Source: Planctomycetota bacterium | Lineage (GTDB): Bacteria; Planctomycetota; B15-G4 | Assembly (NCBI GenBank): GCA_965248575.1 | Contig: CBDFJQ010000002.1 | Coordinates: 3,392,001 to 3,456,000, forward strand | Direction of reading: 5' to 3' | Length of the DNA stretch: 64,000 nt | Shown: positions 57,249-64,000 of the stretch, one piece after another | Numbering within the stretch: the first letter of the stretch is position 1 | Layout: each line of letters opens with the position of its first letter | Translations under genes and position numbers: made by a program | The notes under the pieces: generated by a model | Database searches by the model: none | Seen by the model: the letters and a program-made list of their open reading frames with translations, nothing else | What the model was told of the DNA's origin: nothing

Positions 57249-57919
57249 CCGCCAACAGCCTCGGCGCCCTGCAGTCGGCCGCTCAAGCACAGCTGGTGAG
57301 TTGCCATCGCTGCACGTGGTTGAGCCCTGAGTTGCAGCCGGAGGGGAGGCACCACCAGCCGGGCGACGGCGGGGTGCGCACCACGCACTGCCTGCGCTGT
57401 GGAGCCGCCTTGCACCGCCGAAAGCCCCAAAGCGTCCAACGCACCTGGGCGCTCGTGATCGGCGCGGCCGTCCTGTACATCCCAGCCAACATCTACCCGG
57501 TGATGACCATCATCCAGTTCGGCCGGGGCCACCCGGACACGATCATGAGCGGCATCATAGGCCTCTTCGAAACGGGGGAGGTGCCCATCGCGCTGCTCGT
57601 GCTCTTCGCCAGCATCCTCGTGCCCGCCCTCAAGCTGTTCGGCCTGAGCTTCCTGTTGATCTCCGTGCAAAAGCGCTGGTCGTGGCGCCCACGGGACCGA
57701 ACGCTGCTCTATCGCCTGATCGAACTGGTGGGGCGCTGGTCCATGCTGGACGTGTTCATGCTAGCTACGCTCATCGCTCTCGTGAAGATCGGCAGCCTGG
57801 CCACCATCGACCCAGGCATCGGCGCGCTCTCCTTCGCCAGCGTGGTCGTGCTCACGATCCTCGCCTCCCAAAGCTTCGACCCCCGTCTCATTTGGGACGC
57901 CCTGGAAGACTCGCCATGA
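57245..57919 (+). CDS. pqiA: paraquat-inducible protein A (second half-size copy)
   Basis: CHRC..CLRCG, RKPQSVQRTWAL, YIPANIYP, GRWSMLDVF, FDPRLIWD. Confidence 0.92.
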   Translation: MTANSLGALQSAAQAQLVSCHRCTWLSPELQPEGRHHQPGDGGVRTTHCLRCGAALHRRKPQSVQRTWALVIGAAVLYIPANIYPVMTIIQFGRGHPDTIMSGIIGLFETGEVPIALLVLFASILVPALKLFGLSFLLISVQKRWSWRPRDRTLLYRLIELVGRWSMLDVFMLATLIALVKIGSLATIDPGIGALSFASVVVLTILASQSFDPRLIWDALEDSP

Positions 57920-59577
57920 GCCCAACGACACCCTCCGACATCCCTCCCGCCGCTGCTCAGGTGGTGGAGAAGCGCAGCCGCGGCCTGTCCCTCGTGTGGG
58001 TCGTGCCCGTGGTGGCCGCGCTGATCGGGGCCTGGCTCTGGTACAGCACCGTGAGCAACCGCGGGCCGCTGGTCAGCATGACGTTCGAGACAGCGGACGG
58101 CATCCAAGCGGGCAAGACCAAGATCAAGCTGAAGAACGTGGACGTGGGCGTGGTGGAGTCCATCGACATCAGCGACGACCTCAGTCGCGTCCTGCTCCGC
58201 GGGCGCTTCAGCAAGCGGGCCGAACCCCACCTGCGGGAGCTGACCCGATTCTGGGTGGTGCGACCGCGCATCGGCGCTCAAGGCATCTCGGGCTTGGGCA
58301 CCTTGATCTCGGGTGCCTACATCGCCATGGAGCCGGGGGAAGGGGCACCCGCCTATGAATTCGCGGGCATCGAATTGCCGCCCGTCAGCCCCAACGACGC
58401 GCCGGGCCTGAAGCTCAAGCTCCAATCGGATCGCCTGGCGTCCGTGGGCGTGGGTTCCTCGGTGTACTTCCGCGACGTCTGCGTCGGCCTGGTGGAGGGC
58501 CACGACCTCGCCGTGGACGGCAAGTCCGTCATGATCCATGTCTACATCGAGGAGCAGTTCGCTGGCTTGGTGCGCACCAACAGTCGCTTTTGGAATGCGA
58601 GCGGCATCGACGTCTCCCTGGGTGCTGACGGCGTGGACATACGCACCGCCGCCTTGGACGCGATCCTGACCGGGGGCATCTCCTTCGAGAGCCCCTCCAA
58701 CGAAGCCCTTGGGCCGTCGGCCACCAGCGGCTCCGAGTACTGGCTGCATCCTGACTGGGAGTCCGTCACCGAGCGCATCTACACCGAGACGGACGAGTAC
58801 GTGCTCTACTTCGACGGCTCGGTGCGCGGCCTCTCGGTAGGCGCCCCCGTGGAGTTCCGCGGCATCAAGATGGGCAAGGTGACGGAGGTCGTCATCCAGT
58901 ACGACACCAGCTCCCAGGAGCTGCTGATTCCTGTGCACATCGAGATCCAGCGCGGCCGGGTGGAGATCCTGGGCGATGACGACGACACCTTCGGCCGGGA
59001 TCAAGCCATCCAAGCCTTCGTGGAACGAGGCCTGCGCGCCCAGCTCCAGACGGGAAGCCTCGTCACCGGAGCCCTCTTCGTGGACCTCGACTTCTACCCG
59101 AACGCCCCCGCTCGCCTGCTCAACATCAATCCGGAGGAAAGCGAGCTGCCCACCATCCCCAGCACCGGCGAGTCCCTGGAGAACACCCTGGCGCAGTTCC
59201 CGCAGCTGGTGGAATCGGCCCAGGACGCCATCGAGGCCTTCGAGGCCTTGGTGACTGCCCCGGGCATCTTCTCGGCCTTGGATGGCGTGAACCTCACCCT
59301 GGAGGACATGCGCACCACGCTCGACACCCTGGACCAGCGCCTGGCGTCGCTCAGCACGGATGTGTCGGGGACAACTGACGCGGCGACCGAGGCCTTCCAG
59401 CAGGTGGCCAGCACCTTCGACAGCTTGCGCGAGACCACGGCCCAGGACTCGGAGACCCTCTTCGAGCTGAACAGGGCGCTGGGCGAGATCGCAGAGTCCG
59501 CTCGCTCCTTGAGATCGTTGACGGAGTACCTCGAGCAGCACCCCGAGTCCCTGCTGGGCGGCAAACAGGAACCCTGA
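57916..59577 (+). CDS. pqiB: MCE-domain intermembrane transport protein PqiB
   Basis: SLVWVVP, FWVVRPRI..GLGTLISGAYI, RFWNASG, SVRGLSVGAPVEFRGI, LEQHPESLLGG. Confidence 0.92.
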   Translation: MSPTTPSDIPPAAAQVVEKRSRGLSLVWVVPVVAALIGAWLWYSTVSNRGPLVSMTFETADGIQAGKTKIKLKNVDVGVVESIDISDDLSRVLLRGRFSKRAEPHLRELTRFWVVRPRIGAQGISGLGTLISGAYIAMEPGEGAPAYEFAGIELPPVSPNDAPGLKLKLQSDRLASVGVGSSVYFRDVCVGLVEGHDLAVDGKSVMIHVYIEEQFAGLVRTNSRFWNASGIDVSLGADGVDIRTAALDAILTGGISFESPSNEALGPSATSGSEYWLHPDWESVTERIYTETDEYVLYFDGSVRGLSVGAPVEFRGIKMGKVTEVVIQYDTSSQELLIPVHIEIQRGRVEILGDDDDTFGRDQAIQAFVERGLRAQLQTGSLVTGALFVDLDFYPNAPARLLNINPEESELPTIPSTGESLENTLAQFPQLVESAQDAIEAFEALVTAPGIFSALDGVNLTLEDMRTTLDTLDQRLASLSTDVSGTTDAATEAFQQVASTFDSLRETTAQDSETLFELNRALGEIAESARSLRSLTEYLEQHPESLLGGKQEP

Positions 59578-59595
59578 GCCCAGATCGGGAGCGCG

Positions 59596-59715
59596 TCAGC
59601 TCACGAGCCACCAGATGAGCCAGCCGATGCCCAGGATCAGCGCCCAGAGCAGCAAGCGCAGGGCCGTGAACCACGAGACGAGACGGTTCTTTTCGTAGGG
59701 GTCGAGGAAGCTCAA
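59596..59715 (-). CDS. possible 39-aa single-TM small protein coupled to mutM
   Basis: TTG overlaps the mutM TGA (TTGA); hydrophobic LLLWALILGIGWLIWWLVS. Confidence 0.4.
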   Translation of the reverse strand: MSFLDPYEKNRLVSWFTALRLLLWALILGIGWLIWWLVS

Positions 59716-60578
59716 GCGCCCCCGCCCTTGCTGCCGCGGGCAACGCGCGGTGCCGCTTTGAAGCGCGGGGCCGGTTGGCACCGCAAACACACGTGGGTGC
59801 CCCGTTGGGCCACCCACAGCTTGCGGATGATGGCGCCGCACGTCCGGCACTCCTTGCCGTCGCGCCCGTACACCAAGAACTCATCCTGGTAGGCCCCGGG
59901 CTGTCCCTCCGGGGTCCGGTAGAAGGTGTCGAAACTGGACCCCTCGGCGTTCACCGCCGCGCCCAGGATCTCCCGGATGGCCAACGCCAGGGCTTCGGCT
60001 TGGGGGCCGGGCACCTTGTCGGAGCGCCGCAAGGGATGCAGCCCCGCGCGGTGCAGGGACTCGTCGACATAGATGTTGCCCAGCCCCGCCACGAAGGACT
60101 GGTCCAGCAGCAAGGGCTTCAGCAGTCGCTTGCGGCCCTTCAGGGCCAGGCGAAACCACTCGGGCGTGAGCACTGGCCCCAGCGGCTCGGGGCCGATGTT
60201 CGGCAAGAAGGACTCCACATCCTTGACCAAGGCCAAGCGACCGAACTTGCGCACATCCACGAACGCCAGGTGCCTGCCGTCGTCCAGGGCGAAGCTCACG
60301 CGCAGGTGCTTGGGGTCGGGCAGCTCGCCCACGTAGAGCCGGCCCGACATGCGCAGGTGGCCCACGATGTGCCGGCCGCTCTCCAAGCTGATGACGAAGT
60401 ACTTGGCCCGGCGCCAGACGCGCTCGATGCGCTGCCCCGCGACGCCAGCGCGGAAGGCCCGCAGCGAGGGCTTCGCGATGCTGCGCGCCCAGTGCACCTG
60501 GGCGGATTCCAGCCGTCGCCCCAACAGCTCCGGACGCAGCTGCCGCACGATGGTTTCGACCTCAGGAAGTTCCGGCAC
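59712..60578 (-). CDS. mutM: formamidopyrimidine-DNA glycosylase
   Basis: N-terminal PELPEVE, RRAKY, HLRMSG, DVRKFG, GLGNIYVDE, C4 zinc finger. Confidence 0.96.
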   Translation of the reverse strand: MPELPEVETIVRQLRPELLGRRLESAQVHWARSIAKPSLRAFRAGVAGQRIERVWRRAKYFVISLESGRHIVGHLRMSGRLYVGELPDPKHLRVSFALDDGRHLAFVDVRKFGRLALVKDVESFLPNIGPEPLGPVLTPEWFRLALKGRKRLLKPLLLDQSFVAGLGNIYVDESLHRAGLHPLRRSDKVPGPQAEALALAIREILGAAVNAEGSSFDTFYRTPEGQPGAYQDEFLVYGRDGKECRTCGAIIRKLWVAQRGTHVCLRCQPAPRFKAAPRVARGSKGGGA

Positions 60579-60633
60579 GGTGCCCCTTTGCGGCCCAGCG
60601 ATGAATGAAGCGACCCATGATAAGGTCCCCCGC

Positions 60634-61422
60634 ATGCCTGCTGCAGACGACATCGACCTCAGCTTCACGTATGACGACGCCCTGGCTCGTCACTACGACC
60701 AGGACTACGAGATCCTGCGCAACGAAGGGGGCGACGTCCGTTACTACCGCGAGCTGGCGCGCGCCTGCGGCGGCCCAGTGCTCGAAGTGGCCTGCGGCAC
60801 GGGTCGGGTGCTGCTGCCCATCGCCCGGGATGGTCTGGAGATCACGGGCGTGGACCCGTCGGAGCCCATGCTGCGGGCCTTCCAGGACAAGCTGGCCCAG
60901 GAGCCTGCGGCGGTCCGCGAACGGGTCCAAGTGCTCCCCGGTCACTTCGCGTCGATTCCGGCGGACGGCCCCTATGCCCTGGTCTACTCGGCCTTCCGGG
61001 CGTTCCAACACCTCGACACCCGGGAGCAGAAGGTGGCCGCGCTGCGGGAGATGGCGCGGGTGCTGGCCCCCGGGGGCACGCTGGCCTTCGATGTCTTCGA
61101 CTACTGCCCTGCCAGGGCCGCCGAGAGGATCGAGGAGCAGAGCGACTACCGGCTCCAGGACGGCGATCGCCTCATCGAGCGGCGCTCCTCCTCGCAACGC
61201 CACCCGGAACGGCCCCTGATCCAGGTGCTTTTCCGCTGGCTGGTCGACGGGCAAGAGAGCGAGCGCACGGAATTCACCATGTCCATCACCCGACGCGACG
61301 AGATCGAGGGCCTGCTCCAGGAGGCTGGGCTCAGGCTCCACGCGCTGCATGCCGATTTTGAAGGGGGCAGCTGGTCTGCTGAGAATCCCCGAGAGCTGAT
61401 CGTCCTCGCCCGTCACACCTGA
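60634..61422 (+). CDS. class I SAM-dependent methyltransferase
   Basis: VLEVACGTGR, GVDPS..ML, LAPGG; start 60601 or 60634. Confidence 0.88.
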   Translation: MPAADDIDLSFTYDDALARHYDQDYEILRNEGGDVRYYRELARACGGPVLEVACGTGRVLLPIARDGLEITGVDPSEPMLRAFQDKLAQEPAAVRERVQVLPGHFASIPADGPYALVYSAFRAFQHLDTREQKVAALREMARVLAPGGTLAFDVFDYCPARAAERIEEQSDYRLQDGDRLIERRSSSQRHPERPLIQVLFRWLVDGQESERTEFTMSITRRDEIEGLLQEAGLRLHALHADFEGGSWSAENPRELIVLARHT

Positions 61423-61458
61423 ACCCACCCACACGCTCCGAACGTCGCACCCGAAACC

Positions 61459-62613
61459 GTGAAGATCTGCATCACCAGCCCCATCTTTCCACCGGACCTC
61501 GGCGGCCCGGCCACCTACGTCCCCAGCCTGGCCAGCTTCCTCACCAAGCGCGGGCACGACGTCACGGTTGTGGCCTTCTGCAGCGACCCCGAACCCCAGG
61601 GTTGGCCCTTCAAGGTGGTGAGCATCGCCCGTTGCTGGATGCCCCTGCGCTACCTGCGGGACTTCGTGGCGGTGTGGCGCGAGACACGGGACGCCGATGT
61701 GCTCTACATCAACGAGCACCTGGCGCTGCACGTGGCTCTCGCCGGCCGCCTGCGGGGGCTGCCCATGGTGATCCGCGTGTGCGTCGACGGCACCTGGGAG
61801 ATCAGCCACCGACTGGGTTGGCACGAAGACACCATCACGGACTACCAGCACCGCACCTACGACTGGAAGGTCGCCGGGGCCCGCAGGCTGCAGCGCCTCT
61901 GGTGGGGTTGGATGAAGCGCATCATCGCCCCGAGCCAGTTCTTGAAGAGCATCGTGGAAGGCTACGGAGTGCCGCCCGAACGCACCGAGCTCATCTACAA
62001 CGCCTACCACGGCCCCGAGAACTTTGAGCTCGACAAGTCCACCTGCCGGGAAGCGCTCGGCATTCCCGAAGACCGCGTGCTGCTCCTGAGCATCTGCCGG
62101 CTGATGATCTGGAAGGGTGTCGACGGCCTGATCAAGGCCTTGGCCCGCCTGCCGGAGAACCACCAGCTCTATGTGGCCGGCGACGGAGACGAGCTGGAGC
62201 GTTGGACCCGGCTGGCCGAGGAGTTGAACCTCTCGCACCGCGTGCACTTCCTGGGCAACGTCCCGCACGCCGAGGTCATGAAGTGGATCCGTGCAGCGGA
62301 TGTCTTCCTGCTCAACAGCTCCTACGAAGGCCTCTCCCACACCTTGCTCGAGGTGATGTGGCTGGGCACACCTGCGGCGGTCTCCTCCGTCTGCGGAAAC
62401 CCCGAGCTCATCCAGGACGGGGTCAACGGCCGGGGCTTCGACTTCCAGGACGTGGACGCCATCGTGGACTCCATCACGGGCATCCTCGAGGACCCGGATC
62501 TGGCCGAGCTCTACGTGCAGCGCAGCCGCGAGAAAGTGGCCTCATTCGCGCGTGACCCGCTGTTCACGCGCAAGGAGCAGCTCTTCCTGCAGCTCGCGGG
62601 CAAAAAGGCCTGA
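61459..62613 (+). CDS. GT4 family glycosyltransferase
   Basis: FPPDLGGPATY, RLMIWKG, YEGLSHTLLE, GNPELIQDG. Confidence 0.9.
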   Translation: MKICITSPIFPPDLGGPATYVPSLASFLTKRGHDVTVVAFCSDPEPQGWPFKVVSIARCWMPLRYLRDFVAVWRETRDADVLYINEHLALHVALAGRLRGLPMVIRVCVDGTWEISHRLGWHEDTITDYQHRTYDWKVAGARRLQRLWWGWMKRIIAPSQFLKSIVEGYGVPPERTELIYNAYHGPENFELDKSTCREALGIPEDRVLLLSICRLMIWKGVDGLIKALARLPENHQLYVAGDGDELERWTRLAEELNLSHRVHFLGNVPHAEVMKWIRAADVFLLNSSYEGLSHTLLEVMWLGTPAAVSSVCGNPELIQDGVNGRGFDFQDVDAIVDSITGILEDPDLAELYVQRSREKVASFARDPLFTRKEQLFLQLAGKKA

Positions 62614-62694
62614 ACCAGCTTCGCGGCAGGGGCTTGCAGCTGGCAGCGTCGCGAGCCCACACTGATCGGCCCTTCCAGCCCGAATCACCCGATC

Positions 62695-63120
62695 ATGTCC
62701 GAGACGCCCTCTGCCCCAACCCTGGGTCAGGCCACCACACAGGTGCGCTTGCCCGCGCTGGAATCGTCGCGCATCCGCGAAGGTCTCGAGCGCGCAGTGG
62801 AGGAGTGCGCGCACGAACTCATGGACATGGTGCCGCGCATGCGCCTTCGTCGTTCGGTGTACGGAGGCGAATGGGTCGTGGGTGTCCATGTTGGAGGGCT
62901 CGAAGATGCCGACCTCAGCTTCTCCCGCCTCGAGTTCCGCATCCACATCGACGTGGCTGCCAACGAGCTTCGGCTGACGCGATGCATGACGGTGCGCAAT
63001 CGCGACGCGGATCCCGACGTGTTCGAGGCGACTGCCGAAGCGGTAGGTCGGGAGCGACTCAGGGGCTTCATCGAGTCCGCCTTCCTGGGCTTCGCGCGTC
63101 GCTACTTCGAGTCGCGCTGA
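62695..63120 (+). CDS. hypothetical protein
   Basis: 141-aa ORF co-oriented with neighbours, plausible codon usage; no recognised motif. Confidence 0.6.
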   Translation: MSETPSAPTLGQATTQVRLPALESSRIREGLERAVEECAHELMDMVPRMRLRRSVYGGEWVVGVHVGGLEDADLSFSRLEFRIHIDVAANELRLTRCMTVRNRDADPDVFEATAEAVGRERLRGFIESAFLGFARRYFESR

Positions 63121-63148
63121 AAGCGACTGCGTACGGCGGGCGCCTCTC

Positions 63149-63856
63149 ATGACTGCGCCCGTCCAAGTCCCCGTCGCTTCTTGCCGCGCCCTCTGCCGGA
63201 CCTACGGTTCCGGCCCCACGGCCGTTTCGGCGCTCCTGGACCTGGACCTGGACCTAGCCGCCGGGCAGGTGACTGCCCTGACCGGGCCCAGCGGCTCCGG
63301 CAAATCCACCTTGCTGCACATCATGGGAGCCATGGACAGCCCGACCTCCGGCAGCATCAGCGTGGCCGGCGCGGACCTCTCCGACCTGGATGACGAAGCC
63401 GCCTCCCGCTTTCGCAACCAGCACCTCGGTTTCGTCTTCCAGTTCTTCCACCTCATCCCGTCCCTGAGTGTGGTGGAGAACATCGCCCTCCCGGGGCGCT
63501 TGGGAGGCACGCCGGCGGCCGAGGCCGAGCAACGCGCGGCCGAGCTCGTGGCTCGGGTCGGCCTTGCAGGGAAGGAGCAACGTCTGCCCGATGCTCTCTC
63601 AGGGGGCCAACAGCAGCGGGTGGCGGTGGCGCGCGCCTTGATCAACAAACCCTCCCTGGTGCTGGCGGACGAACCCACCGGCAACCTGGACCACGCCTCC
63701 GGCGCCGACATCATGCGCCTCTTGCTCGAGCTGGCTGAGGAGCAGCAGATCGCCGCCCTGGTGGCGACCCACGACCCCCAGGTGCGTGAGTTCTCCCAGC
63801 GCGTCCTGGTGCTGGACGACGGACGCCTGCAGAGCGACACCGGCCAGGCGCCATGA
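63149..63856 (+). CDS. ABC transporter ATP-binding protein (LolD/MacB-like)
   Basis: GPSGSGKST, GFVFQFFHL, LSGGQQQR, LADEPTGNLD, THD. Confidence 0.93.
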   Translation: MTAPVQVPVASCRALCRTYGSGPTAVSALLDLDLDLAAGQVTALTGPSGSGKSTLLHIMGAMDSPTSGSISVAGADLSDLDDEAASRFRNQHLGFVFQFFHLIPSLSVVENIALPGRLGGTPAAEAEQRAAELVARVGLAGKEQRLPDALSGGQQQRVAVARALINKPSLVLADEPTGNLDHASGADIMRLLLELAEEQQIAALVATHDPQVREFSQRVLVLDDGRLQSDTGQAP

Positions 63857-64000
63857 TCCCCCCCCGGCAGCGACTCCGGCGACTGCTCACCGTACTCGGC
63901 GTCCTCTTGGCCGACGCCCGGGCCCACAGGCTCCAGACCCTCACGACCTGCCTCGGTGTGGCGGTGGGCGTGGCCGTCGTCGTGGCAGTGCGCATCTCCA
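63853..64000 (+). CDS. ABC transporter permease (partial, runs off window)
   Basis: ATGA overlap with the ATPase stop; TLTTCLGVAVGVAVVVAV typical of FtsX/MacB permease N-termini. Confidence 0.75.
   Translation, partial: MIPPRQRLRRLLTVLGVLLADARAHRLQTLTTCLGVAVGVAVVVAVRIS

Overview
GC-rich bacterial chromosomal window. A Planctomycetota-like origin is inferred from DCNxNG repeats, HEAT-cyclophilin and PA/PDZ-M28 architectures, not from a marker gene. Housekeeping content includes murJ, topA, an 11-subunit nuoABCDHIJKLMN cluster without nuoEFG, folE, dsbD, ispG, a sufS-like gene, pqiA-pqiA-pqiB, mutM and tRNA-Arg(CCT). The most unusual elements are: (1) a tandem duplication (23.0-28.0 kb) of a two-gene module, a small secreted OB/TIMP-like candidate plus a prodomain-less matrixin-type metalloprotease with IPT domains, in which a divergent ~1.1 kb catalytic cassette lies between two >600 bp essentially identical arms; (2) a ~125-135 aa C-terminal domain ending in FED...SN shared by these proteases and an unrelated choice-of-anchor B protein, a candidate undescribed sorting/anchoring domain; (3) an operon encoding an NHL propeller, a YtkA-like Met/His lipoprotein and a MauG/MbnH-like di-heme enzyme whose bridging Trp is replaced by Arg; (4) an LtaS-like/GDPD fusion, a non-canonical P-II protein, a degenerate two-component pair, and an IS91/ISCR remnant with its ori end next to the tRNA. 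All calls come from reading the sequence and motif recognition; no searches were run.
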